A DNA stretch of 64,000 bases, from positions 23,622,001 to 23,686,000 of the forward strand of contig NC_135827.1 of assembly GCF_964213995.1 (NCBI RefSeq). The letters run 5' to 3'. Each line of letters starts with the position of its first letter. Within the stretch, counting starts at the first letter, position 1. Positions 1 to 13,044 of the stretch are shown one piece after another. The notes beneath the pieces are model-generated. The model did no database searches. It was not told the DNA's origin and saw only the letters and a list, made by a program, of their open reading frames with translations. This stretch comes from Mustelus asterias (lineage: Eukaryota). Position numbers and translations under genes: made by a program.

Positions 1-1135
1 CCCTTCTAAGCTCGCTCTTCAACTCCCTCTTAGCCAATCTAAAGCTTTCTAGTGCACTACCCGAGTGCTCACGTCTCATCCGAACATAAGCCTCCTTTTT
101 CTTTTTAACCAACAAAGAAACTTTTTTGGTGCACCACGGTTCCCTAGCCCTACCAATTCCTCCTTGCCTGACAGGGACATACCTATCACAGACTCGCAGT
201 AGCTGCTCCTTGAAAAAACTCCACATGTCGGACGTTCCCAGTCCCTGTAATCTCCTAGTCCAACCTATGTTTCCTAATTCTCTCCTAATAGCCTCATAAT
301 TACCCTTCCCCCAGCTAAAACCACTGGCCCGAGGTTCATGCCTATCCCTTTCCATCACTAAGGTGAACGTAACCGAATTGTGGTCACTATCACCAAAATG
401 CACACCAACTTCCAAGTCTAGCACCTGGTCTGGCTCATTTCCCAGCACCAGATCCAATATAGCCTCACCTCTAGTTGGCCTGTCTACATACTGAGTCAAA
501 AAACCTTCCTGCACGCTTTGAACAAAAACTGACCCCTCTAACGAGCTAGAGCTATAACAATTCCAGTCAATATTAGTCAAGTTAAAATCCCCCATAACAA
601 TTGCCCTATTACTTTCACTCCTAAGCAGGATTGACTCCGCAATCCTTTCCTCAACCTCTCTAGAACTTTTAGGAGGTCTATAAAAGACTCCCAACAGGGT
701 GACCTCTCCTCTCCTATTTCTAATCTCCGCCCATACTACCTCAACAGATAAGTCCTCATCAAACCTCCTCTCTGACACTGTGATACAATCTCTGACCAAT
801 AATGCTACCCCTCCCCCTCTTCTACCTCCTTCCCTACTTCGACTAAAACATTTGAACCCCGGGACCTGCAGCATCCATTCCTGCCCCTGCTCTATCCATG
901 TCTCTGAAATAGCCACAACATCGAAGTCCCAGGTACTGATCCACGCTGCAAGTTCACCCACTTTATTGCGAATACTCCTGGCATTGAAGTATACACATTT
1001 CAAACCCTGCTCCACCCCACCTCTGCAATGCCGTGCATTGCAGTCCCCATCCATGCATCCCTCACTTTCAGCCCCACTACTCAGGATCCCTCCCCCCCCC
1101 CGAATCAGTTTAAACCTCCCTGCATGAGAGCTAGG
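1..1135 (-). mobile_element. CR1 LINE fragment: end of ORF1 and ORF2 AP-endonuclease domain, running off the left window edge
   Basis: The minus strand from ~1006 translates GLKCVYFNARSIRNKVGELAAWISTWDFDVVAISETW...GGGVALLV...FYRPP...VMGDFN...GDSDHN, which are canonical APE motifs of vertebrate CR1 ORF2. 'GGLN*' at ~1110 resembles a CR1 ORF1 C-terminus. Confidence 0.93.
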
Positions 1136-1604
1136 AGAAATAGGACAACAATGTTTTTGGCATAAGACAAAGGAATTTTTAATGTTAATGTTAAGGACTA
1201 AAGCAGGTGCAGATAGTGGCATACAGGTCAAATATCAGAACAAAGGCCAGCACTCTGTTGAAGCAAAATGTTCATATTTGCTAAACCTCTATACATCCTC
1301 TATTTTACTGTCAAGGTAATTATTGAGTACAGTAAACTACTTGCAGTTGCATCAATACATACGTAATTTACATCACTGTAAATTCACAATCCACTTTCTG
1401 TATGGAACATTTGGTGCAGATATTTATAAATTGTTTATTAATACTCAACTATGTTTACAGTTATTTTCTACAAAGGAACATGATAAGCACCTGAGGAAAT
1501 ACTCACAGCATCCTGTACATACTAAACGTTCCAAGGCATTTAGCTATGATCTTCAAAGCTATTACCTAACTTAACTCATCCCATGAAGTTGATTTTTAAA
1601 AACA

Positions 1605-2293
1605 TTAATTCAAAGGATGAATCACTGACTAGGCCAGCAGTTCTTGCACATCCCTAATTGCTACCACTTCTAAGATAGTAGTGAGCTGCTGTCTTGAATC
1701 ACTGCAGTGCATGTGGTGTAGGTAAACCCACTGTTGTTAGGGTGGGAGTTGCAGACATTTAACCCAGTGATAGTGAAGGTATGGTGATATATTTCCAAGT
1801 CAGGGTGGTGATTGGCTTGGAGGGAAACTTGCAAGTGGTGGTGTTCCCATGTATCTGCTGCCTTTGTCCTTCTAGATTGTGGTGGTTGTGAGCGCGAAAG
1901 GTGTTGCATAAGGAGCCTTGATAGGTTTCTGCAGTGCATCCTGTAGATGTTAGATGCTGTTGCCACTGAGCGAGAGAGGGAGGGAGGTTTAGGGGAAGGG
2001 GCGAAGGGGTTTTGAGGGAAGAGGAAGTTGGAGAGAGGGAAGGGGAGGTTGGAGGGAGTGAATGTTTGTGGAATGGATGCCAATCAAGTGGGCTGCATTG
2101 TCTTGGATGGTGTCAAACTTCTGGAGTGCTGTTGGAGCTGCATTCTTCCAGGCAAATGGAAAGTATTCCATCATACTCCTGACTTGTGCCTTATAGCTGG
2201 TGGGCAGGCTTTGGGGAACCAGGAGATGAATTTCTTGCCACAGGAGCCTGAGCCTCCGATGTACTCTTCTAGCCACAGTATTTGTATGCTGAG
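1605..2293 (-). mobile_element. 3' fragment of a second CR1-group LINE family (RT C-terminus plus 3'UTR), degenerate
   Basis: ORF 1989..2300(-) contains YKAQVRSMMEY...W...DTIQDNAAHLIG, an RT thumb motif. The 3' tail matches copies at 10890-11066 and 15745-16058. Confidence 0.85.
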
Positions 2294-2357
2294 TAAGCAT
2301 CTGTGCCCAAAAGAGAATAAAGGATTTTAGTGTTCAGTTGTTCTGTTTTTGATTGTT

Positions 2358-2588
2358 TGAGTCTTTTTACTATTGATGCTCTCTGTTTTGATTCATTCAG
2401 CCTGAGTAGGCATTCAGAAAAATAAAAAGCTGATTTGAAGTATAGAGCAGACATTTTAAAGCACTGTGAGTCTGTTTACTATTGATGCTCACTGTACTTG
2501 ATTCATTAAGCTTCAGTGGGGAGTCAGAGAAAATATAAGCAGCTGGAAGCTTGAGCTGCAGTGTGGAGTAGACATTTTTAAAGCACTG
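2358..2588. repeat. Diverged direct tandem duplication (~109 bp + ~122 bp units)
   Basis: Both units read tgagtct(t/g)tttactattgatgctc...gattcatt...agacatttt(t)aaagcactg; units are 2358-2466 and 2467-2588. Confidence 0.85.
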
Positions 2589-5500
2589 TGAATAAAATCT
2601 GTTAGACACATAAACCTTTGACGTTCTTGAGGTATAAAATATACAGGGACCAGTACCAGACAAGATCCTAAACCTTCATTACTCTGTGATCCAACTTGTG
2701 TGCCGACACAAAAAGTGCTTGAAAGTTGTATAATTTAAAATCTGATTCCTCACATACCAACAGTGTGTATGATGGAATATTTTTGTGCATGACAGGTCCA
2801 TGTAGCATGAGTGCTGCTTGCAGCAGTGCAGTTGTGTTTAATTCGCAAGTAAGAAAGATCTCTCTAGTCTCTCGAGATAGCAGCTGTTCTTGAATTTTTG
2901 GTCTGCCATCGTCCTAAAATGAGTCCAGTAATTCACTGCTGCTGGGACACTAGGTTTGTGTTTTTGGAAAAACTGCTACACTTCTATAATTTAGTCTTTT
3001 ATGCCAGAATACCGAATTCTTTTACCATTTATCATACGCTGAGCACCACTGTTAGAGTTGAAAACAAAGCCATTTTTGTTATGGTGCAAAACAGCTTTTC
3101 TAATACAATATCGCTAATGGCAAAAAGACATGAGCAATAAATCATGGCACCTTGCCCCCTGGAGTTTATTTATCTGTGTGCGTCAGTCCTCCCCCTCCCC
3201 CAATTCCTACAGGGACTGTTGTATCCATGGAAACTCTTTTGTACCCACTATTGCTTTGATTGTACCATTTGCCTTTGGTAGTATTAGAAGAGGCAAAAGG
3301 CAGAGTTCATTAGTAGCATGAAATATAAGAAATCTCCCATTAAGTGGCCTTTCAGTTGTGAACCCAGGACTTATAGCAGAATTTTTCTTTGGCAGTTATC
3401 CTGCTCATCAAAATCACAGTGCTCTTTATAATTTGCCAAGTACCAGCAAAGAAACCAATCTTTGGTAATAATAGCAACTCCAGCTTTGTAAAACTTCAGA
3501 TTACTTTCAGACGTGCAGGCAGCAGACCTGAAGAAGTTGCTAGTGTACGCTTGTGCGAACTGGACCACAGTTTCAAAACCATTCCATAATTTTCTGCTCA
3601 AAGTAGTGAATACATAAGTTCATTTTAAAGACCATTCCAATAAAGTGTGTACATTTCTCAGTAATGTTCGCCTTGGAAAGTTCTGCGCTAAATTGTAACT
3701 ATTAAAGGCTTTAGAAAGAAACATTAAAACTAACGCTTTAAATGCAAGTCATTTTGGAACATATTCATTGAATGTTGTTGGTTAGAAAGGTCTCAGCTTT
3801 ATCTACTGTCTTGGTGGGTGAGGGTTGGAGAAGCAAATTCAGAAGAACAAAGTTAGGATGTTTTATGCAATGCCTGCAGTGACGGATACAAATCAAGCTT
3901 TCATTACATTGTCAATGTTTATCAACCAATGAATTATGTGCATCACCAGATGCATAGATAGGATGAGAACTTAGAACTAAGCATGCCACTGTGGTATGCA
4001 AAGTATGATCTTGATTGGTGAGCCTTCTGTTCCCCTTTTTTATTTGAATTAATTTCATACTTTCTGATATCTTGTTGATTTTCTGAGTAAACACAGATTA
4101 TTAGTCTCATCAGGTCAGCCAGAATCAATTGAAGTATGAATTGCTAAATTAGGATAGCTGGTGAGATAAAAAATACTTTCCTTCTGTAATTTCTACCTGT
4201 GTAAAGCTTGGTTGCTTTATTTTGATGCATCCTTTAACATCTTTAGGTTATCAGCTGGACATGTAGGTCAAATGCAAAATAATAGTAAAGATGATCAATT
4301 TATAGAACTTTCTGCAAATAATAAAATTAAATTTACTACCAAATGTATTTCCTAAATTCTTAACATTCGTGTTTCATGTGCTTCAAAAGAGATTATATTT
4401 GAACATTCACTGCAGGCTGAGTGCAGTGTTCTGTAAAGTCAGTGTCCTTTCACTTGATCAGAATATAGTTCTTCAGATTCACATCGTAATAGGGCTAGAT
4501 TATTGCACAAACCCAAGGGAAAACTTGCATATTAATTCCAATGGATATTTACTTATTGGGAGAGAAGGAATGATTTGAATGTTATCCCAAAATATTCAAT
4601 GTTGAGATTTGTTTCTCACTTAGCTGCAAAATAGCAAAATTAGCAGGTGATTTTATAACCAATGCAATTAAGTTTGAGGTAAAGATAATACTTGCTAAAT
4701 GTTGATTTTATACAAGTATAATTCAATTTTTTTTAAAACTCCAGTGAAGGCATAAATGACAAATGTCCCATGTATTTTCATGTTACATTGCAACATCCTT
4801 TGACAAGTTGTAATAATGTGCACTTTTGTTTGTATAAAACCATTTTTTTGTATCCTGTAATTGAGGTATCACTATGTGATGTCTTAAGGCAAGAACATTT
4901 AAAGATATTGTTACCAATTAAATCTAATCTGAGGGAGGTGATAAATTACTAATTCTGTATTTAGTGTCCTTATTAATAAAAATTGATACATGACATCATG
5001 CTTTAATTACTTTGAGAAAAAGCCACGGGAGACATTAAGAGGCAAGGGCATGCTTGCTGGTAGGAGTAATGTTTCAGCCAAACAGATGGTACCAGCTTCA
5101 TATATTTTCCATCAGCCAAACCCAGGATGTGTAGAAGACAGCAGCTAGAACATCATTCCCCAAGGCATTCTCCTTCCACATGGCTTCACCAGTGATTTTA
5201 GCAGACTTGACAGATTTGGGACTGAGGAGGCTGGAGGTATCTTCAAACAGAAAAACACTGCATCATTTCAAGATTTTTTTTCTCCTCTGGTCTGGAGCGA
5301 ATGCTTACTTTCAAAAACTTCTAACATTCACCAGCATGGCCTTTGAATGTTACTGTGGCAGAATGTGTCTCACAGAAGCAAAGGTCCCTCCCTAAATTAA
5401 TCTACCCAGACTATGTTAACCATTATTTTTCTAAGCTGTGATGCTGGAAAACTAATATTGCAGCAGGGAATTGTTTGTTGAAAATTAAAATCCTCGGTGG

Positions 5501-6483
5501 TTTGTGATAAAACTTGCTGCACAGTTAGTGCTGACATTCATTTTATTAAGGTTGATTGCAAGCTAGCAGAATGCCAAGAGAGTGCTTCTTTTTCTGATAT
5601 TGCAACTTCATGTCAACGGAAAATCGAAAACACATACTTCGGCAACTCTGGTTTGTTCGCTTAACAATAGCATAGCAGATCTCACTTATACAAAATGAAG
5701 TGATGAGACAATACCCCCCATGTTTCTTTTTACAAATTGTATTTGATCGCTATTAACATGAAATTAGGATTGTTGTGAAAACAAATCAAACTTTCATAAA
5801 GCTTTTGTTCAGACAAAATAATCTATTTCTACTTATTTCAGGTTTGTGTATAGTTTGAATGAAGGCATTCAATCCCAAGCTTTTATGTACTTCAATTTAT
5901 ATAATATTGAACCATATAAATAAAAAATATATAGTTCACGGTTGCATTAATTATTAATCTTGGCTGGAATATCAGTCTTTTGCTCTGTTTTTATTTTAAT
6001 GTATTAGAATAGTTTTTAATACATACTAGATCTCGGTGATTGGATAATTTTCTTTCTTTTATTGTTATCATTCATTTATATGCAATTGTTTGTATCTGAA
6101 ATGAATTTCAATATGCACTATGAAGTGAATTGAAATTAAAAAAGGAATTGGGTAAATTGTAGTGTACTTTGTGATTAGATTCTGCAGTGTTAGTAGGAGG
6201 TTGATGAGATTTGTATTTGCTGACAAAAAATTTTTGCGCACTTGTTTAGCATCATAGTTTATTTTGCTGTGTCTCATCAGGTATTTGAGGTCTTCACTTC
6301 TGAAGACCAGGGTTAAAAATAATGTTTGCTTTATTGATTGTTAGAAGTTATGTTTGTCAACAGTGGTGTGGTTTGCACAGATGATTTTGGAAGGGCAATA
6401 ATCAATGTGTAAATTTATAGCAAGAATACACATGACATTGTCTTAAAGAAAACTGCCTGATATACCAGATGATGTGTAATGAT

Positions 6484-7011
6484 GGGGGTGATTTTCTGAC
6501 TTTGCTGCACCTGGCATAGATCGCACTGATCCTGGAAAATAACGCGTGGGGCTAACAATTGGTTTTTACACCTGGCACCAAAGAGTTTGCAATTTTCCCA
6601 GTCTCTTTCTAATGGCACAAACCAGATCATGCCCAGGCAGTGCTCGCCTGGCACACTGGCAGTGCCCACTGGACATTCTGACAGTGCCAGTTGGGCACTG
6701 CCAGTGTGATGGGCAGTGCCGAGGCAGTGGGGTCTGAGTGGGGGGGTGGATGGGCTATGATGATGGGGAGTTGTTCAGGAGTGGAGAATGAAAGGGGTCA
6801 TGATGAGGGGGTGGGGGGGCATGTCGGGAGTCAAGCAGGGGGACACTGGGACAGTTTCCCAGTGCACTGAGAGATTGCCCTCCCCACGTCCCGGCACACA
6901 ACTCACCACTCTCCCAAAAAGTAACTAAGTGTGGGACAAGTGTGGCGCGGAAGTCGCCTGCCTGACCGTTTGGTGTTCTCGCTGTTTTGACACTTTGGGG
7001 GAATTTCCGCC
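6484..7011. mobile_element. Non-autonomous PIF/Harbinger-like DNA element, degenerate
   Basis: GC-rich block with TIR-like ends (gggggtgattttc ... ggaatttccgcc). The internal segment 6580-6636 is clearly homologous to 22713-22770. Confidence 0.6.
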
Positions 7012-8334
7012 AATAACTCAGGCATTTGAATTGTACATACTCTTAAATTGGGAAAATGCTACTCTCTAAAAATTCTTTTTGTATAAGCAGCAGACCATCT
7101 TTTCAGAGTTCTTAGAGTGGCAGACAATGTTGTAAACCTGCAGGATAAAAGCTCTTACTCTGAAAACCCTTTAGCTGATGAGTTTTGCTAATCTGTCCTG
7201 ATCAAGCTAAGTAATTCTCCATAATTCGCATAGAAAGAATTGAGCAAAAAATTGTGATAATTTTGCTTCTCTACTTAACTACTTCAGATATAGTCTAGTC
7301 TAGACCTTGTTGTGGTGACATATGGTGCATTAACACTTAACGGCTAGAAACCTTTCAAGCTTTGCATCTGCCCATGGTGTCTGTTTTCACTTTAGATTGA
7401 ATTCCACAACAGATTGCTCCATAATACTGGGTGTTTCCAACACCCCGCCGCCCCTCTGAATGCCACATGAAGGGCAATAAGTGAACCGGATAGTACACTT
7501 TACTTATACTCTTGTTACATATATTTAGATTATCTTCACAATTACACTAAACTCAAACGCTAGCGACAGAAAGTAGAAAAATATTATTCGCAGCAGATTT
7601 TTGGGGGTTATATTGCAGGTAAAATCCGAATTCAGCTTTTTCCTAATTTTGCAATGTTGAAAATATTCAAAAGAATTGTGCACATAAATTACATGCTTCC
7701 ATCTGTTAAATGAAGTAATCTTGAGTCTGTACATAGTTTTAAATATTTCACCGTTCCTCTTGGCATGTGGCAGCTGTTTCAGGTTTAATTTTCTTCCAAG
7801 AAATCAGAGGTAATCATATTGTCTTGTAAGTCTGCCATTTTTCACGTGCAATAGTGTGGGTGAAGTTGGCACTGAATCGTGAATCAGTTTAAGGAAAGCC
7901 AGGCAGAGTAATGCTCCAACACGCCTCTTTTAAAGAAAAATACCACCATTAGCGGCATATTTTATTTTTGAAACTTTGTCTCTCTTATCTTGCCTCATCT
8001 CAGTTGCTAATGTCCATATGATGCTACTACAACCATCTGGTTAATCTCCCAGAAAGTGCATCCAAGTGATCTTTCCAGATTGCCTTCACTTATGGGAAAC
8101 CAAATTGTGACTATTATTGAGGATTATGACTTGGACTTGTTGGTAATTGGAACAGGAATCCAGGCTTTTCCCTTTCTTACTCCAGGGGCATTGAAACAAA
8201 TTGTAACATTTTTAACATTATCTGGTCATCACCATCCTGACTAAGATATGGTATAAAATGCCTTTTGACACTTGACCCTTATCCTTCCCTTTGTCTTCCC
8301 GTTGGTCAAAATCTCATCCATGGTTTTGCCACCT

Positions 8335-9030
8335 GTGTGCCCTCATACACCAGTCACTGAAGGTAAGCATGCTGGTGCTGCAGGTAGTACAAAAGGCAAA
8401 GAGCAGGGATGTCTTGCTGCAATTATATAGGGTCTTGGTGAGGCCACACCTGGAATTTTGTGTGCACTTTTCAACTCTATCTGAGGAAGAATGTTCTTTT
8501 TCTGGACAGAGTGCAGAGAAGGTTTACCACACTGATTTCTGGGTTTGGCAGGACTGATGTATGAGGAAAGATTGAGTCAGTTAGGATTGTATTTGCTGAA
8601 GTACAGCAAAATGAGAGGGGATCTCATAGAAACCTATAAAATTCTAACAGGACTAGACAGGGTGGGTGCAAGAACAATGTCCTCGATGGTTGGGGTGTCC
8701 AAAACCAGGGGTTACAGCACGAAGATACAGGATAAACAGTTTAGGACAGAGATGAGGAGAAATTTCTTCACTCAGAGTGGTCAGCCTATGGAATTCGCTG
8801 GAAAATAAAGTAGTTGAAGCCAAAAAACATTGAGGCCAGAATGTTACGGTGGGAGGGTGAGCTGTGAGGAGGATGCAGACATCCTTCAGTGTGATTTGGA
8901 CCGGTTGAATGAGTGGGCAAATGAATGAAAGATGCAGTATAATTTGGATAAACATGAGGTTATCCACTTTGGTAGCAAGAACAGGACAGCAGATTACTAT
9001 CTGGCCATGAATTAGGAGAGGGGAATGTAC
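8335..9030 (+). mobile_element. Two CR1 RT fragments (8335-8830 C-terminal part; 8845-9030 a more N-terminal part)
   Basis: Translates VLLQLYRVLVRPHLEFCV, MRGDLIETYKILTGLDRV, RNFFTQ; then LQCDLDRLNEWA...MQYNLDK..VIHFGSKN. Frameshifted. Confidence 0.9.
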
Positions 9031-10479
9031 CCTTTAAGTGTTACTTAACACTGTTAGCTGTTCGCATATATTCTTTCGGCTTCCACCGATATCTAGTGGT
9101 GACTTAAATCAAGGTTTATTTGAATGTTAAAGTGATTGAACCTCCAGCAGTAGTTTAGAGGGAACTTGTTTTTGTTGCCACCTCATTGGTAACAAGCTTA
9201 TCGGGTGAGATTAAAATTGGTTTTGGAGTTTTGCAAAACATTGTCATGGACTGGACAAGTGATAATAAGTCATAATAAATAGTTGGATGGTAGTTGAAGA
9301 GATCTGTTTGATCCAAGGAGCAGAGGGTGATTTTGAAAAGCAAACATCGATGCCTGAGCAATGGAGGCTGTTAATGGGGTTGGCAGCATGAATTCCAGGA
9401 AAGGTAATTGAGTGATTCAGACTTGAGTGGGGCGTGGGGTTTATGGAGGGGGGCAGGTATATTGCCTGCATTGAGATGAGAGAAAAATAATTTGCACTTA
9501 TTTTCACACACTACCAGAATATTTCACACTAGTTTTCACACAAGCGCAAAATGTTCTTGAGATGGAAGTGAGGCTTTCCCTAAGCATGATGACTCACAGA
9601 AGGGGTCTTTTTAATCGAGGATTTTGTTGGGTCCTGCTGATTTCCACGGCTAGGTTCCTGATGTGTGCTTTTACCAGAACAATTCACGCTGGGGATGTGA
9701 ATTCAATGCTGGTTTAGTTGGTATCACAATTTGGAGGATGTTTTCAGGAAGGAAGCAAGAGTAGTCAGCTGCCATGAAAATCATAGCCAGGAATTTATGT
9801 GTGTAAGCTTCAGGGCAACAGAGAGAGTACGGTGATAATAGGAAGATTTTATTTTCTTGACATAACTGTAAATCTGCAAACTGAAATGAAGACTAATAGT
9901 TACTGCGAAGGCTTACGACCTCCAATCCACTGGTGGTTTTTTTTCTGTGAACACTAAAATATGAAGTTACAACGCTGACTATTGGCAATGACATTGAGAA
10001 CACAGTGGATTTTTGGCAATACTTGTGTTGGTGAAAGTTCAGAATTGTTAAATGAATGGCAGTGTTCTACAGTTACCCTGCAATTATGTTTTTCAAAGAC
10101 GTTTGGGTAGCAGCCAAAGAAGCTTATTTCTTTCAGAAAAAGATCTTCCTAATTCAATCTATTGTGAATATATTCAAAGTTATGCATTGGAGTTCAATTT
10201 CTGTCATGAGTCACTTGTAAATTTAAGGCACTGGACTCGGGGTTTTTTTCATCGCAAACTTCCATTCCATGATTAAGTCATCTTGAAGGTTTCTTTGATG
10301 AAAACAGCCTCTTTATTAGTGTGAAATCCTGTTATTGTCACTTCATAGTTATTATGTCTTTGCTGATCAACAAATCTTTAGTGGTAGTAATGTGAATTGG
10401 TTGTACAACAAAATCTTTTGTTGTGTAGGGGTGTTTTAGTTGTTCAACAGTTTTTACATTTTGAATTGATTATAAACTT

Positions 10480-10670
10480 CAAATGAAGCAGGAAATATTG
10501 AACAGGTCTGGCAGCATCTGGAGAGTGGGAAAGAGAATTAATGTTTCAGGTTAGTGACGTTTCATGAGGAGACTTTAAAACTTGACTTTTACATCTCTTC
10601 TATTGCACTTCTTCCTCCTCCTCCTTTTCCCCTGAAGAAACTGACTTCTTGCTGGGTATTATTCCATGGA
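10480..10670. mobile_element. Highly degenerate PLE-terminus fragment
   Basis: ggaaatattgaacaggtctggcagcatctggagag...aatgtttcagg matches the minus arm of the 23155/61602 family. Confidence 0.5.
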
Positions 10671-10889
10671 CACCAAGGCCAGGCAGGATCCCTTGTTTGC
10701 GGGGACAGAAAGTTTAGAGAGCCAGCCGTAAGTACCTTGATTTCCAGCAGCACAGGGAAGTCCTGCCTTGGGCGTGGCTGGAGAATTCTTCCCAGGTGTA
10801 GTCTAGGTCTTTGCCTGGGTGATAATTCTTAGGAAGTGAGCCAAGGCAGGTTAGTGAGCACAAGCAGGTTGCTTAACTGCAGCTGACTT

Positions 10890-11066
10890 TTTAAAAAGTT
10901 CGTTCGTGGGACATGGGCATCGCTGGTTGGCCAGCATTTATTGCCCATCCCTAGTTACCCTTGAGAAGATGGTGGTGAGCCACCTTCTTGAATCGCTGCA
11001 GCCCATGTGCTGTGGATTGACCCACAATACCGTTAGGGAGGGAATTCCAGGATTTTGACACAGCCA
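10890..11066 (-). mobile_element. 3' end of the CR1-group LINE family seen at 1605-2293
   Basis: ggccagcatttattgcccatccctag...gaatcgctgcagcccatgtg; the minus strand translates KSWNSLPNGIV...LQRFKK..HHHLLKG*. Confidence 0.85.
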
Positions 11067-11068
11067 CA

Positions 11069-11414
11069 GGGCGGCACGGTAGCACAGTGGTTAGCACTGC
11101 TGCTTCACAGCTCCAGGGTCCCGGGTTCGATTCCCGGCTCGGGTCACTGTCTGTGTGGAGTTTGCACATTCTCCTTGTGTCTGCGTGGGTTTCCTCCGGG
11201 TGCTCCGGTTTCCTCCCACAGTCCAAAGATGTGCGGGTTAGGTTGATTGGCCAGGTTAAAAAATTGCCCCTTAGAGTCCTGGGATGTGTAGGTTAGAGGG
11301 ATTAGCGGGTAAAATATGTGGGGGTAGGGCCTGGGTGGGATTGTGGTCGGTGCAGACTCGATGGGCCGAATGGCCTCCTTCTGCACTGTAGGGTTTCTAT
11401 GATCTATGATTCTA
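11069..11414 (+). mobile_element. HE1-type SINE, full length, young
   Basis: tRNA-like head GGGCGGCACGGTAGCACAGTGGTTAGCAC...GGTTCGATTCC (A and B boxes), conserved body, CR1-like tail gggccgaatggcctccttctgcactgta plus (ttctatga)n. Confidence 0.93.
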
Positions 11415-13044
11415 ATGGCATTGTGGGTTAACTCAGAGCACATGGACTACTCAGTGGAACCTGATCTTGTTTGTATTTAACATTGGCACAAGTGGATTTT
11501 CAGCCGATATCACTGGGATAGGAGTACTGTCTGATGTCTCCCTGTCTCCTGGTTGAATGGTGCTGGAGCCAGTTGAAGCATCTTAATAGCTTGTGTTTGG
11601 AGTGAACTTGCAACAATGACAGGTGTGAATTCACCAAAGGAGTTCCGTTTAAGGTCTGTTCATGAGGGGTATTCCACCCAGGATGACTAGATTAGGAACA
11701 TTCTAGAAGCTTGGAAAGTCTGTGTTGAAATTGCAACACAGCAACCATCTTGACCATAAATGCTTTAATCGTGAAAAATGGTTCATCTTGAAGGACTATG
11801 TACATTCTGGAAGAACTTATGTTTTTTTAAAAGGACAGTAAGGTTGCTGCTTTTCCTGGGAAATGCAGTATTCTCTAAGAGATGGTAATTGAGCAGTTTT
11901 AAAGAAGCTTGAAATCTCTTGGCCTCAGTGGACTGTTTACAAGGGTCAGACAGTTTTCAAGGCACGTGTTTGAAAATGGGTGGGCTGCTTTGAAAACAAC
12001 CAAGTTTTTCCTGGAAATTCGCTCAAAGTAGTGTAAGAGACATTGATTGTTTCCCAGACCAGTGCCGAGAGACCGACTATATAATCTGCTGTATAGCTAG
12101 GTGGAAAAACAATCTAAATACATGTTGTGACCCTTAGAATACTGGAGGCCATTCGGCCCATTGAGTCCGCACCAAATAGGAGGAAATGGACTTCGGCTTG
12201 GGACCTGGACATGATACTGTAAGCTGATATTCAAGGACTAGGTGCACCAATGGTAAATACAATATATGAATATTGGTTAGAAGGATCAAAATTGTAAAAC
12301 ACTGAGCTGTAGGGGCCACAAGCTGTTAACCCCATTTGGAACATATGATCATGAAAATGTAAAGTGCACTTTGTCAAGAGAAGATCAGATGCTGGTATTG
12401 AATTGGGCAGTGAAGCAATCAGTCATGAAGCTCCTGTAATTGCTGCTTTATTGACTTTATCACCTTTAGAGGAGGGGATGGGGCTCAAATGCTGATCAAA
12501 AATGATTTTTCCACGTTTCTATTGTCATTTTGTATTTACACAGAGGCCCTAAAATAATACCACAATTTACATAAGTGAGGGACTTGATTGAAAGGTTTCT
12601 AGGAAGGTTGAAGGAATTTTGAAATCCTGTGATCTCTTGAAAGTCTAACCATGGTGAGCCTTGATAGTGTTATTAATATTTAATTTACTGCAGTTCCTAG
12701 TGCTAGAATTCAAAATCGATCCATTTGTATTTGCCACATTAGTATCTTGAAGTCTTGTGAATCATACAGATCCCTGACTTATTTCACAGTGGATTGTTAT
12801 ATAGGATTGAGTGTCACTGACAAATCCCCAAAACCAGGCTATTTTTGCATAAATTGAACAAGCACACTTTCATGTAGCTATCTTTAGTAGTATCTACTAC
12901 AACATCTAAATGCCTATTTATGCGGCAAAATGCCTGTCTTAATATTTCCAATGTTATTTTAATCTATTTAAAAGGATTTGCGGGTGGAAGTAAATTTGGT
13001 TGGGGGTGCAAATCAGGTGGTATTGCACCAGCAATATTCAATAC

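Noticed and set aside
699-1127. 142-aa plus-strand ORF
   Set aside because: Antisense shadow of the CR1 endonuclease ORF on the minus strand.
1969-2055. G/A-rich tract with G-quadruplex potential
   Set aside because: Low-complexity expansion inside a decayed LINE; no evidence of function.
3396-3463. Candidate exon YPAHQNHSALYNLPSTSKETNL between ttggcag and gtaata
   Set aside because: Weak donor, peptide not recognised, and no partner exons found.
7801-7809. Possible 9-nt microexon AAATCAGAG (ttcttccaag|...|gtaatc)
   Set aside because: Such short AG...GT patterns arise by chance in 64 kb, and there is no upstream UGC enhancer close to the acceptor.
11069-11140. tRNA gene call at SINE heads
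   Set aside because: A and B boxes are present, but there is no complete cloverleaf and the sequence continues into the SINE body.
11055-11443. Recurrent short ORFs such as VAQWLALL..., MVSTAASQ..., MDCGRKPEHPEETH...
   Set aside because: Translations of HE1 SINE copies, not genes.
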